Assembly (NCBI GenBank): GCA_934098525.1
Contig: CAKONZ010000003.1
Coordinates: forward strand, 69,579 to 133,578
Direction of reading: 5' to 3'
Source of the DNA: an uncultured Bacilli bacterium
GTDB lineage: Bacteria > Bacillota_I > Bacilli_A > RF39 > UBA660
Length of the DNA stretch: 64,000 nt
Shown here: positions 22,204 through 31,814 of the stretch, in pieces
Position numbering within the stretch: position 1 is the stretch's first letter
Layout of the letters: every line of letters starts with the position of its first letter
Notes under the pieces: generated by a model
Databases searched by the model: none
What the model saw: the letters and a program-made list of their open reading frames with translations, nothing else
Told to the model about the DNA's origin: nothing
Position numbers and translations under genes: made by a program

Positions 22204-23955
22204 ATGAAAACTATTAATAATACAGATTTAACAATTAAAAATGTAGGTGAAAATGTAACTTTATATGGTTGGGTTCAAAAGATTAGAAATTTGGGAGGTT
22301 TATTATTTATTGATTTAAGAGATAGAAGTGGTATTATTCAATTAGCTATTAAACCTGATAATGATTATTATGATCTTGCTAATAGTTTGAAAAATGAGTA
22401 TGTAATTAAAGTTAATGGAATAGTTGTTGAGAGGGAAAATAAGAATAGTAATATTGAAACAGGTGATATTGAGATTAATGTTTTGTCTATTGAACAAATA
22501 AATAAAAGTGCTGAGTTACCTTTTAGTATTTCTGATGATACTACCGCTTTGGAGGATACAAGACTAAAATATAGATATCTTGATTTAAGAAGAAAAAATA
22601 TTCAAAGTAATTTAATTTTACGTCATAAGGTCAATATGATTGCAAGAAATTATTTATCTAGTTTAGGTTTTATCGAGATAGAAACTCCTATTTTGTGTAA
22701 GAGTACACCTGAGGGGGCTAGGGATTATTTGGTTCCTTCAAGAATGTTTAAGGGTAAGTTTTATGCTTTACCACAATCTCCACAAATATATAAACAATTA
22801 CTTATGATAGGTGGAATGGAGAAGTATTTTCAAATAGCTAGATGTTTTAGAGATGAGGATTTAAGAGCTGATAGACAACCTGAATTTACACAAATTGATA
22901 TCGAGATGAGCTTTGCTTCTGAAGAAGATATTTGGGGTGTTACTGAAGGTCTTATGGGCAAGATTTTTAAGGATTTAAAGAATGTTACATTAGATAAATT
23001 TCCTAGAGTACCTTATGTTGAGTGTATAGATAAGTATGGTAGTGATAAACCAGATACTCGCTTTGGCTGTGAGATTAATGATATAACAAGTATTTTTGGT
23101 AATACTTGCTTTACCATATTTAAAGATACAATAAATAATAATGGTATTATAAATGCAATTGTTATTAATAATAAGGCTGATAGTTTTTCTAGAAAAGATA
23201 TTGATAAATTAGGAGAGTTTGTTAAAATATATGGTGCTAAAGCATTAGCATATTTGAAGTTTGATGATAATGAATTCTCAGGCTCAATTGCTAAGTTTTT
23301 AACTGAATCTGAAAAGCAGGAACTTGTTGATAGGCTTGGTCTTTCTAATAATGATATAGTATTTGTTATTGCTGATAAGAAAAAGATTGTTAAACAAGCA
23401 CTTGGTGCTCTTCGTTTGAAACTTGGAAATGAGTTAAATTTAATTGATAAGTCTAAGTATAATTTTTTATGGGTTACTAATTTTCCAATGTTTGAGTATA
23501 GCGAAGAGGAACATAGATATGTAGCAGCTCATCATCCTTTTACTGCTCCGAATGAAGAAGATATTGATAAATTACTTACTGATAAAGAAAATTGTTATTC
23601 TAGAGCGTATGATTTAGTTCTTAATGGGTATGAATTGCTTAGTGGTTCGGTTCGTATTCATGATGAAGAAACACAAGCTAAAGTTTTTGAAGCTATTGGT
23701 ATGACTTTAGAAGAAGCAAAGGATAAATTTGGATTCTTTTTAGAGGCATTTAAATATGGGGCTCCTAATCATTGTGGTGTTGGTATTGGTTTAGAAAGAC
23801 TTGTTATGATTTTGGCAGATACTGATAATATAAGAGATGTAGTGGCTTTTCCTAAAACTGCAAGTGCTTCATGTTTAATGAGTGAATGTCCTAATGTTGT
23901 TAGTGATAAACAATTAAAAGATTTAGGTATTGAAACAAAAAAAATTGGAAGTTAA
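22204..23955 (+). CDS. aspS: Aspartate--tRNA ligase
   Basis: Class II aaRS motifs (FRDEDLRADRQPEFTQID, GLERL); ATG at 22204 after AAAGGAGGA; track start 22171 over-extended. Confidence 0.93.
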   Translation: MKTINNTDLTIKNVGENVTLYGWVQKIRNLGGLLFIDLRDRSGIIQLAIKPDNDYYDLANSLKNEYVIKVNGIVVERENKNSNIETGDIEINVLSIEQINKSAELPFSISDDTTALEDTRLKYRYLDLRRKNIQSNLILRHKVNMIARNYLSSLGFIEIETPILCKSTPEGARDYLVPSRMFKGKFYALPQSPQIYKQLLMIGGMEKYFQIARCFRDEDLRADRQPEFTQIDIEMSFASEEDIWGVTEGLMGKIFKDLKNVTLDKFPRVPYVECIDKYGSDKPDTRFGCEINDITSIFGNTCFTIFKDTINNNGIINAIVINNKADSFSRKDIDKLGEFVKIYGAKALAYLKFDDNEFSGSIAKFLTESEKQELVDRLGLSNNDIVFVIADKKKIVKQALGALRLKLGNELNLIDKSKYNFLWVTNFPMFEYSEEEHRYVAAHHPFTAPNEEDIDKLLTDKENCYSRAYDLVLNGYELLSGSVRIHDEETQAKVFEAIGMTLEEAKDKFGFFLEAFKYGAPNHCGVGIGLERLVMILADTDNIRDVVAFPKTASASCLMSECPNVVSDKQLKDLGIETKKIGS

Positions 23956-25328
23956 ATTCCAATTTTTCTTTTTATTACTCTTTCAATAATAGATATTTTA
24001 TTTAATTTTTCTAAGATCCTTTTTTCGATAAGTCTGATTCTTTCAGATGTTACGTTGAACATAAGACCTAGTTCGTTTAGTGTATATATTTTTTGAGTAT
24101 TGTAAAGTTTTGAAATGGTTTCAATATTATTTAGTTTTAATTCTTTACAAAAATCTTCAAAAGTAATAAATTCATTAAATTTTAGACCAAATCTTGCACA
24201 AATAATGATTTTTTCTTTATTATTTAGCGTTGATAAATATCTTTTAACATCATCTGTGTTTTCAAGTTCTTCTGCTATGTTGATTGTAGTATCTGGTATT
24301 TTATTATAATATATGTTTCCTTCTGTTTCAGTTTTGTTATTTTCTTTTGGTTTAATACTTTCATCAAGTGAACTTATTTTTATAAATTGGTTTGTTATTT
24401 TATTAGTTTTTATTTCAAAATTAACTTTTTTGTCTATTTCTTCATTACTTTTTATTTTGTTTCGTTTTTCATCTTTTAATTTTTCTATTAAGATAGATTC
24501 AGGTAGTTGTTTACTTGTTTGTAAATAGTATGCATCTTCTAGTTCTTTAATTTTATTGTTTATTTCTTGAGCATGAACTGGTATTCTTACTACACTTATT
24601 TGATTTTGTAGACCTCTTTTAATACTTTGTTTTATCCACCATGTAGCGTATGTTGCAAATCTAAAACCGTATTCACCATTATAATAATTAATTGCTTTAA
24701 TTAGTCCTAAATTTCCTTCTTCTATTAAATCTAATATTGATACTCTTGTGTTAATATAGCTTTTTGCTATTTTTACTACTAGTTTTAAATTTGCTTCTAT
24801 AAATTTATTTCTATATGTTAAATAATCAATTTGTATATCTAATTTTTTTAATAGGGTAGTGTTATTGGGATCAATATTTTTTAGCTGTTCTCTTTGTTTC
24901 TTTCTTTCACTTATATTGGTTGATGTTTTATTAATTTCAAATCCTAATTGTAGTAATTCATTATTTAGGGTGTTATTATTTATATTTAGTTCTTCTTTTT
25001 CTTGTAATAGTTTTTGGATTTTTTTTGAATATAATATTTCTTCTTCTTTTGTTAATAATTTTATTTTAGATGCTTCTTTATAATATGTTAATAGTAGATT
25101 ATTATAAATAGTTTTTTCATATTCTGTTTCTATTTCATTTTCATTTTTTATATTAAAAAAGAATGCTATTTTTTTAATATTATCAAAATTTTTTTTGTTT
25201 TTTTCAATATATTTATCAAAGTATTTATTTATTTTTTCTTTTCCGTATTTTGAAATTAATTTGTTGTAAAAGTTAATATCTATTTTTTCTAAGGTGTTTA
25301 TGGTATTTTCAAATTCTTTGTATTTCAT
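23952..25328 (-). CDS. RNA polymerase sigma factor, sigma-70 family (RpoD-like) with long non-conserved N-terminal and inter-domain regions
   Basis: Region 1.2 (LLTKEEEILYSKKIQ), region 2 (LDLIEEGNLGLIKAINYY...YATWWIKQSIKR), region 4 HTH (TLNELGLMFNVTSERIRLIEKRILEKL). Confidence 0.85.
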   Translation of the reverse strand: MKYKEFENTINTLEKIDINFYNKLISKYGKEKINKYFDKYIEKNKKNFDNIKKIAFFFNIKNENEIETEYEKTIYNNLLLTYYKEASKIKLLTKEEEILYSKKIQKLLQEKEELNINNNTLNNELLQLGFEINKTSTNISERKKQREQLKNIDPNNTTLLKKLDIQIDYLTYRNKFIEANLKLVVKIAKSYINTRVSILDLIEEGNLGLIKAINYYNGEYGFRFATYATWWIKQSIKRGLQNQISVVRIPVHAQEINNKIKELEDAYYLQTSKQLPESILIEKLKDEKRNKIKSNEEIDKKVNFEIKTNKITNQFIKISSLDESIKPKENNKTETEGNIYYNKIPDTTINIAEELENTDDVKRYLSTLNNKEKIIICARFGLKFNEFITFEDFCKELKLNNIETISKLYNTQKIYTLNELGLMFNVTSERIRLIEKRILEKLNKISIIERVIKRKIGI

Positions 25329-25445
25329 GTTTTTCCCCCGTTTGTTAAAAGCACTGAAATTATATCATAAATTTTAGTATTAGTCAATTTTTGTTATTTT
25401 TCTTAGGTGTTATTTTGGTATAATTATTTTAGGAGATGATTATAT

Positions 25446-26243
25446 ATGAAAACAGTTGTTATTACTGGTTCTTTTAGGGGATTAGGTTTTGAAATGGCTA
25501 AGGTTTTTAGAAAGAAAGATTTTAATGTTGTTATATGCGATGTTGCTGGTGATTTTTTAGATAGTAGTAAGAATGAGTTGTTGAAAGTAAGTGGTAATGG
25601 AGAGGTTCTTGCTTTGTTATGTGATGTTACTAAGAGTGCTGATATTGATAAACTTATATCTGATGTTTTGAAAAAGTTTGATAGTATTGATATTTGGGTT
25701 AATAATGCTGGTGTTAATCAACCAAATAACGCTATATGGGAGCTTAATTATAGTGATGTTAATAAATTGATAGATATTGATTTAAAGGGCACTATATACG
25801 CCTCTATGGCTGTAATTAAACATATGATAGAACAAGGTAGTGGGGCAATATATAATGTAGAAGGTCATGGTAGTAATGATAATGTTATTTTAGGTTTAAG
25901 TTTGTATGGTACTAGTAAAAGGGCAGTTACTTATTTTACAGAGGCTTTAGCTAAGGAAATAGAAATAAGAAAGTTACCTATTTTAATTGGTAAATTAAGT
26001 CCTGGAATAATGATTACTAATTTTATTCAACATGCTTTGGGAGATAGAAAAATAGAATTAGATGATAAGACTAAGAATATCTATAATATTCTTGGAGATT
26101 ATCCTTCAGTAATAGCAGAATTTTTGGTAAATAATATGATTAATAATAAAAAAAATAATGTTAAGTTTAATTGGTTGACTAATAGGAGAGTTTTTGGTAA
26201 ATTTATCAGTTCTTTATTTAATAAAAGAAACTTTTTTGATTAG
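25446..26243 (+). CDS. SDR family oxidoreductase
   Basis: TGSxxGxG N-terminal motif, NNAG, YxxSK. Confidence 0.7.
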   Translation: MKTVVITGSFRGLGFEMAKVFRKKDFNVVICDVAGDFLDSSKNELLKVSGNGEVLALLCDVTKSADIDKLISDVLKKFDSIDIWVNNAGVNQPNNAIWELNYSDVNKLIDIDLKGTIYASMAVIKHMIEQGSGAIYNVEGHGSNDNVILGLSLYGTSKRAVTYFTEALAKEIEIRKLPILIGKLSPGIMITNFIQHALGDRKIELDDKTKNIYNILGDYPSVIAEFLVNNMINNKKNNVKFNWLTNRRVFGKFISSLFNKRNFFD

Positions 26244-26323
26244 GATATTATGTTTTTTAATTCTTAAAATATATACTTTTAATATTTTTTGATATAGAAT
26301 ATAATTATAAATAGGAGGATGTT

Positions 26324-27007
26324 ATGAAGAATATAAGAAATGTATTATGGGGAGTAATTTTGGTTGTAGTAGGAGTTATTATAGCATGTAATTCTTTAGG
26401 TTTGACTAATATTGATATTTTATTTAAAGGATGGTGGACATTATTTATTATTGTTCCATGTTTTATTAATTTATTTAATGATAATGATAAAACTGGTAGT
26501 TTAATTGGAATATTAATAGGAGTAATGCTATTATTGGGAAGCAGAGGTATAATTAATTTTGATATGATATGGAAGTTAATATTACCAATTATTATTATAA
26601 TTGTAGGTTTGTCATTGATATTTAAAGATTTATTCAATTCTGAAATATCAAAGAAGATTTCTAGTTTAAATAAGAATAATAATAATGAATCATGTTGTGC
26701 TACTTTTTCTGGACAAAAGTTAAATTTTGGTAATAAGAAATTTACTGGTGCTAATTTAGATGCTATATTTGGTGGTGTTGAATATGATTTGAGAGATGCA
26801 AAAATAACTAGTGATGTTGTTATTAATACTTCTTCTATATTTGGTGGTATAGATATTTTTGTTCCTGATGATGTCAATGTAGAAGTTAGATCTACTTCTA
26901 TGTTTGGAGGTGTTGATAATAAGAAAAAGGCTACTTCCTCAGAAGATAAAAAATATACAGTATATATTAATGCTTTTTGTATATTTGGTGGTGTTGATAT
27001 AAAATGA
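26324..27007 (+). CDS. LiaF-like membrane protein (DUF2154-type C-terminal domain)
   Basis: N-terminal TM helices; C-terminal repeated IFGG(V/I)DI beta-strand motifs. Confidence 0.5.
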   Translation: MKNIRNVLWGVILVVVGVIIACNSLGLTNIDILFKGWWTLFIIVPCFINLFNDNDKTGSLIGILIGVMLLLGSRGIINFDMIWKLILPIIIIIVGLSLIFKDLFNSEISKKISSLNKNNNNESCCATFSGQKLNFGNKKFTGANLDAIFGGVEYDLRDAKITSDVVINTSSIFGGIDIFVPDDVNVEVRSTSMFGGVDNKKKATSSEDKKYTVYINAFCIFGGVDIK

Positions 27008-27822
27008 CAAGTTTTCAAAGAGCAATAAAATATGTTTCTATATGTTTTGCCTTTTTTCTAGTATTTGTAATTATTACTTCTATATTTGGGGGAATTTACG
27101 CTGTATTTAGTATATTTGATAGTGGTAAGAGTGAACCTGAGTATGAGGTTGAAAATATTAGTTGTAGTCTTAATGGTGATATTAAATCTTTAGATATTGA
27201 CACTAATGTTGTTGATTTGAAGTTATTAATTGGAGATTCTTTTGATGTAAAAACTAATAACAAAAATATAAATTGTAAACAGGATGGTAGTGTTTTAAAG
27301 ATAAAGGAAAGTGGTAGTGGTGTTGTAAATTCTAAAAATAAAGTTTTAGAGGTTAGAATACCCAAAGATTATTTGTTTGAATATGTTGATATTGATTCTG
27401 ATGTAGGAAAAATTTATGTAGAGAGTGTAAATTCTAAGATATTAAATTTTGATTTAGGAGCAGGAGATGCTAATATTGATTATATAAATTCTGGTGATGT
27501 TGATGTGGAGACTGGTGCTGGTAATTTTTATATTAATTCAGGAACTATTGGTAATTTAGAACTTGATCAAGGTGTTGGTAAAGTTTATGTTAATGCTTAT
27601 TTAAGAGGAACAAGTAAGATAGAAGGCGGTGTAGGTAAACTTGATATTAATTTACTTGGAGGTAAAGATAATTATAGAATAGTTGTTGAAAAAGGTGTTG
27701 GTTCTATTAAAGTGGATGGCAATGCTGTTGGTAATGAAAATATGATTGGTTCAGGAAATAGTAAGGTTAATATTGAGGGTGGAGTTGGAGAGATTAATAT
27801 TAATTTTAAGAGTAATGATTGA
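27004..27822 (+). CDS. DUF4097 (toast-rack) family protein with N-terminal TM anchor
   Basis: Repeated G-x-G-K-(I/V)-x-V beta-solenoid-like repeats; overlaps upstream gene by 4 nt. Confidence 0.5.
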   Translation: MTSFQRAIKYVSICFAFFLVFVIITSIFGGIYAVFSIFDSGKSEPEYEVENISCSLNGDIKSLDIDTNVVDLKLLIGDSFDVKTNNKNINCKQDGSVLKIKESGSGVVNSKNKVLEVRIPKDYLFEYVDIDSDVGKIYVESVNSKILNFDLGAGDANIDYINSGDVDVETGAGNFYINSGTIGNLELDQGVGKVYVNAYLRGTSKIEGGVGKLDINLLGGKDNYRIVVEKGVGSIKVDGNAVGNENMIGSGNSKVNIEGGVGEININFKSND

Positions 27823-27838
27823 ATTGGTTAATGTTTTG

Positions 27839-27871
27839 AAATAGCAATAATGATTTTATTGCTATTTTTTT
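27839..27871 (+). terminator. Intrinsic terminator after the DUF4097 gene
   Basis: 12-bp stem AAATAGCAATAA/TTATTGCTATTT plus T-run. Confidence 0.8.
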
Positions 27872-27927
27872 GTGATTTATTTATCACTAAATGTTGTTTG
27901 ATTCATACAATAATGTAGGTGATAAAC

Positions 27928-29130
27928 ATGTATTTTAGAAAACAAATAAAAGGTATAGTTGTAGATGCTGGACATGGTGGTGATGATCCAGGTGCTAGTG
28001 GAAATGGTATTATAGAAAAGGAATATACTTTAAGGGCTGCTAAGTATATGGCTGATAGGTTTAAGGAGTTGGGTATTCCGGTGGTTATGACAAGAACAGA
28101 CGACGAAACTCTTAGTCATTCAGAGAGAGTGAAGAGAATTTTGAATGCTTTTGGTAATAGTGATGATGTAATTGTTTTATCTAATCACATTAATGCCGGA
28201 GGTGGCGATGGTGCTGAAGTAGTTTATGCTTTAAGAAATAATGATACTTTAGCTAAAAAGGTTTTAGATTCTATTGGTAGTGAGGGACAAAATACTAGAA
28301 AGTATTATCAGAGAAGATTACCAAGTGATACTTCTAAAGATTATTACTTTATTCATAGAGAAACTGGTGTTACTCAACCATTATTAATTGAGTATGGCTT
28401 TTTAGATAGTCCTAAGGATGATGTTAATCAACTTAAAAACAATTTATTGGATTATGTAGAAGCAGTTGTTAGAGCTGTTGCAGAATATGCTGGATATAAT
28501 TATGTAGCTCCTGGTGGTGCTAATACATATACTGTTAAATCTGGTGATAGTTTATGGAAAATTGCAAACGAATATGGTGTTACGGTAGACGAACTTAAAA
28601 AGGCTAATAATTTATCTTCTAATGTTCTTAATATTGGCCAAATATTAAAGATACCTACTAAAGAAGTAGAATCAGATAATATTTATATAGTAAAATCTGG
28701 TGATAGTTTGTGGAAAATAGCAAATGAATATGATGTTACAGTAGACGAACTTAAAAAAGCAAATAATTTAACATCTAATGTTCTTAGTATTGGTCAAAAG
28801 TTAGTTATTCCTTCAGAAACTGTTGTTTCAGATCAAACATATTATACTGTTCAATCAGGCGATAGTTTATGGAATATTGCTAAAAGATATGGTGTTTCTG
28901 TAGATGAGCTTAAGAAAGCAAATAATTTATCTTCAAATTTACTTACAATTGGTCAAAAATTAATTATTCCAGGAGAGAATTTTAATAATCATCAAAAATA
29001 TGTAGTACAATCAGGTGATAGTTTGTGGAAAATTGCTAATAAGTATAATGTTTCTGTAGATGATTTAATAAAATTAAATAATTTAAATAATACTTTACTT
29101 AGTATTGGTCAAGAACTTTTAATACCATAA
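27928..29130 (+). CDS. N-acetylmuramoyl-L-alanine amidase (Amidase_3) with four C-terminal LysM repeats
   Basis: VVDAGHGGxDPGA amidase_3 motif; 4 x (YxVxSGDSLWxIAxxYxVxVDELKKANNL) LysM; ATG 27928 after AGGTGA. Confidence 0.85.
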   Translation: MYFRKQIKGIVVDAGHGGDDPGASGNGIIEKEYTLRAAKYMADRFKELGIPVVMTRTDDETLSHSERVKRILNAFGNSDDVIVLSNHINAGGGDGAEVVYALRNNDTLAKKVLDSIGSEGQNTRKYYQRRLPSDTSKDYYFIHRETGVTQPLLIEYGFLDSPKDDVNQLKNNLLDYVEAVVRAVAEYAGYNYVAPGGANTYTVKSGDSLWKIANEYGVTVDELKKANNLSSNVLNIGQILKIPTKEVESDNIYIVKSGDSLWKIANEYDVTVDELKKANNLTSNVLSIGQKLVIPSETVVSDQTYYTVQSGDSLWNIAKRYGVSVDELKKANNLSSNLLTIGQKLIIPGENFNNHQKYVVQSGDSLWKIANKYNVSVDDLIKLNNLNNTLLSIGQELLIP

Positions 29131-29151
29131 AAAAAGTGAATAAATCACTTT
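29126..29151 (-). terminator. Hairpin terminator between the convergent amidase and SleB-like genes
   Basis: AAAGTGA-ATAAA-TCACTTT stem; A-run on plus strand gives a U-run for the minus-strand transcript. Confidence 0.55.
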
Positions 29152-29572
29152 AGTGTATTTGTCTGCATACGCCAGAATAGGGGATGTAAAAACAATGTTT
29201 TTTATATCTCCCAGAGTTCTTTTGTTCATACCAATATGCTGAACATGGATTTTCTGTAGAGTAAAACCACAAGGCATTGGTTGCAGGATAATAATATTCT
29301 CCTCTTAAAATTCTATCTGCTAAAGATAATTCTTTGCTTGTTGGATTGCCAATGAAAAGTGATGAATTTATTCCAGAAAATCCTCCTGGTGATTGGTATA
29401 CTACGTCATTTATAGTTCTTATATTTTTAAATGTTAGACAGTCTGCTAATGCTCTATTCATTATTACATTTCCAACCATTAACATTCCTAAGTCACCTTC
29501 GGATATTGCTTCAGCTCTCATTAATCTTGCTAATAATTCTTTTTCTTTTTTTGTATAATTTATTATACTCAT
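29150..29572 (-). CDS. SleB/CwlJ-family cell wall hydrolase (Hydrolase_2 domain)
   Basis: LARLMRAEAxxEGxxGMLMVGNVIMNRA motif; ATG at 29572 preceded by AGAGGTG; the track's 193-aa ORF runs through the tRNA and is over-extended. Confidence 0.7.
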   Translation of the reverse strand: MSIINYTKKEKELLARLMRAEAISEGDLGMLMVGNVIMNRALADCLTFKNIRTINDVVYQSPGGFSGINSSLFIGNPTSKELSLADRILRGEYYYPATNALWFYSTENPCSAYWYEQKNSGRYKKHCFYIPYSGVCRQIH

Positions 29573-29656
29573 ATTTACACCTCTATAAAATATATGAAAA
29601 ATATTTAAAAAAACTAGACAAATTTTGATATTTATTGATATAATATATTTATATTT

Positions 29657-29730
29657 AGGGGCATAGTTCAATGGTAGAATGTCGGTCTCCAAAACCGCTG
29701 ATGTGGGTTCAACTCCTACTGCCCCTGCCA
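29657..29730 (+). tRNA. tRNA-Trp (anticodon CCA)
   Basis: Cloverleaf folded by hand: acceptor AGGGGCA/TGCCCCT, T-loop GGTTCAACTCC, anticodon loop CTCCAAA, 3' GCCA. Confidence 0.8.
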
Positions 29731-29810
29731 AATGGATTGTTTCAAGCTATTGTGCTTGTTTGATAAACTTGGTACGATTGTATCAAGTTTTTTTGTGTAA
29801 TATTTTAGTA

Positions 29811-29839
29811 AAACCGATATGATTTTTATATCGGTTTTT
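29811..29839 (+). terminator. Intrinsic terminator downstream of tRNA-Trp
   Basis: AAAACCGATAT-GATTTTT-ATATCGGTTTT perfect 11-bp stem with T-run. Confidence 0.7.
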
Positions 29840-30372
29840 GGATATCTATTATGAGATTACTTGATTTTTTGCTATTGAAAAGGAATTATTTCTCTATATT
29901 ATTGATTTTTACTTTGCATTTCAATGCTTAAAAACAAGAAAAGAGGAAAGGTGTTGCTACAATAGTTTTGTAAATGGTTTCTATATTAATTGTTATTTGA
30001 GAATTAATTATATTTGTTAATTATTAAAAAGTAAAATTATTGATAATCAAAAAGTATTTAGTTTTGTACATTGTATGAAAGTGAAATTAAAAAAATGGAT
30101 AAATTTACCAAATTTGATAATATAAAAATCCTTGCTAATTCATTATCTGAATTGTTTAGTCTGTGAAAAATTCTTAACTTAGTAAAGAAAAAAGTTTATT
30201 ATAAGAATTAATATTTTTAATTGCATTTGGCATTGTGATTACTATTATTGTTGATTTAAAAATTAAATGGTATAGAGTTATATTTTTGTTATTATGCGAA
30301 TATAATATGTTAGATACACTAATTTTTTAGTTGAAAAATTTTTGTTTAATAATTACATGCATTACAAAAAAG

Positions 30373-30400
30373 TTGACAAATTGCTTTAAATATGTATAAT
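30373..30400 (+). promoter_or_regulatory. Sigma-A type promoter
   Basis: TTGACA, 16-nt spacer, TGTATAAT. Confidence 0.6.
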
Positions 30401-30404
30401 ATTT

Positions 30405-30538
30405 GGTAGTGAGGAGATATAAGATTTATTTATTGAGCTATCTCGGGGATAACCTACACGAGCTATTGCACGGAGTCACTATTAATGATTTTCGTGTTTT
30501 TTTTGCCTTTTTATACGGAGGTCAAGAAAGGAGTTTTT
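30405..30538 (+). promoter_or_regulatory. Structured 5' leader with terminator-like hairpin (candidate attenuator/riboswitch) upstream of 30539 ORF
   Basis: Repeated GAGCTAT elements; CACGGA...TTCGTG hairpin followed by T8 at 30469-30504, about 35 nt before the RBS. Confidence 0.35.
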
Positions 30539-31078
30539 ATGAAATTAGATAAGTTTTTAAAACCAAGTAAATTTTCAAGAGAAGACGAATCTATTTATAA
30601 AATGTATAATTTAACTAAAGATTATTATGCTGATGATTATGTATTATATAAGAAATATTTACAAGGTAATACTGAGGATTTTAATCAACATGATTATATG
30701 AATACTTTTGTTTTGTCTTTATTACAACAATTAGGATTTAATATGGCTGAAGTAGGAACTTATTTTTATAAAGATGTTATATTGAAAACAATTACTTATT
30801 TAAATGTTGATAATCCTAATTATGGAGAAATAATAGCTCAAGTTAATAATGAGTATTCTTCTTTGTATCATGATATTTCAAGGAATGAAAAAGATGTAGG
30901 TGTTAGTACTTTTCATCTTTGTATAAAAAAAGCTATTAATAATATAAGTACTGAAAATATAGATGCTAATTTATATGATGAAATATTTTCTAAGGCTTAT
31001 AATATGGATTACAAGGCTAGAGCCTATGTATTAGCAAATTATGCATTAGATAATCAAATTGTTAGAAAAAGAAAATAG
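30539..31078 (+). CDS. Hypothetical protein (179 aa)
   Basis: ORF with AAAGGAG RBS; no recognisable domain. Confidence 0.55.
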   Translation: MKLDKFLKPSKFSREDESIYKMYNLTKDYYADDYVLYKKYLQGNTEDFNQHDYMNTFVLSLLQQLGFNMAEVGTYFYKDVILKTITYLNVDNPNYGEIIAQVNNEYSSLYHDISRNEKDVGVSTFHLCIKKAINNISTENIDANLYDEIFSKAYNMDYKARAYVLANYALDNQIVRKRK

Positions 31079-31089
31079 ATAAGTTTTTA

Positions 31090-31125
31090 ACACAAAGTTA
31101 TTTTTTGACTTTGTGTTTTTGTTTT
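31090..31125 (+). terminator. Intrinsic terminator
   Basis: AACACAAAGT...ACTTTGTGTT stem plus T-run. Confidence 0.7.
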
Positions 31126-31194
31126 AAATTAAGATTGACTTTTATTACAAATATATTATAATAAACATGTTATTATGTTAAATGGGAGAATAAT

Positions 31195-31383
31195 ATGAAT
31201 GATATAAATATTTTTAGAAAAAAAGTGGATATGTTGGTGCTTGGTACTTATGTTATGTTCTCTTATTATGATAAATCTTTGAGTGAGATAGATAGAGTAA
31301 AACGTGATGAAACTTTAAGAGATTTTTATTATGCTAGATTAAATAATAAAACTAAGGTTGTTAGAGTTAGAAAGAAGAGGTAG
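31195..31383 (+). CDS. Hypothetical small protein (62 aa)
   Basis: ORF immediately upstream of the Nudix gene. Confidence 0.4.
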   Translation: MNDINIFRKKVDMLVLGTYVMFSYYDKSLSEIDRVKRDETLRDFYYARLNNKTKVVRVRKKR

Positions 31384-31385
31384 GG

Positions 31386-31787
31386 ATGAAGAAGGAAAAA
31401 TGTTGTGGTGCAATTGTTTCTCATGATGGAAAAGTTCTGCTTGTTAAACATAAAAATGGTGGTCATATAGCTTTTCCTAAGGGTCATATGGAATATGGTG
31501 AAAGTGAAAAGGAAACTGCTATAAGAGAGGTTTTTGAAGAGACTGGTTTAAATATTAAAATTATAGATGGTTTTAGATATGAGATGGTTTATAGAATTTA
31601 TAATAATGCTTTAAAAAAGGTTGTTTTTTTCCAAGGCGAGAAAATTTCTGGTGTAGAAAAGGCTCAAGAAGAAGAAATTTCAGAGTTAATGTGGGTTCCG
31701 TATGAAGAAGCTTATAAATTATTAACTCATGAAGATAGTAAAAAAATGCTTAATAGTTTTATAGAATATCAGAAAGTTTATATATAA
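31386..31787 (+). CDS. NUDIX hydrolase
   Basis: Nudix box GHMEYGESEKETAIREVFEETGL. Confidence 0.8.
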   Translation: MKKEKCCGAIVSHDGKVLLVKHKNGGHIAFPKGHMEYGESEKETAIREVFEETGLNIKIIDGFRYEMVYRIYNNALKKVVFFQGEKISGVEKAQEEEISELMWVPYEEAYKLLTHEDSKKMLNSFIEYQKVYI

Positions 31788-31814
31788 AAAAAGAATTGAT
31801 TTTCAATTCTTTTT
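31786..31814. terminator. Bidirectional hairpin terminator between the Nudix and lipoprotein genes
   Basis: AAAAGAATTG-ATTTT-CAATTCTTTT. Confidence 0.6.

Noticed and set aside
26305-27018. 237-aa minus-strand ORF with repeated TPPNI motifs
   Set aside because: It is the mirror image of the plus-strand LiaF-like gene. Its repeats are the antisense of the IFGGVDI codons, so it is not an independent gene.
29150-29731. 193-aa CDS as listed in the ORF track
   Set aside because: Its upper 160 nt cover a tRNA-Trp gene and terminator. The real CDS starts at 29572 with a proper RBS.
29731-30372. Possible integrated mobile element at the tRNA-Trp 3' flank
   Set aside because: No integrase, transposase or recognisable att direct repeat was found. 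Only non-coding AT-rich DNA is present. It is kept as a low-interest note only.
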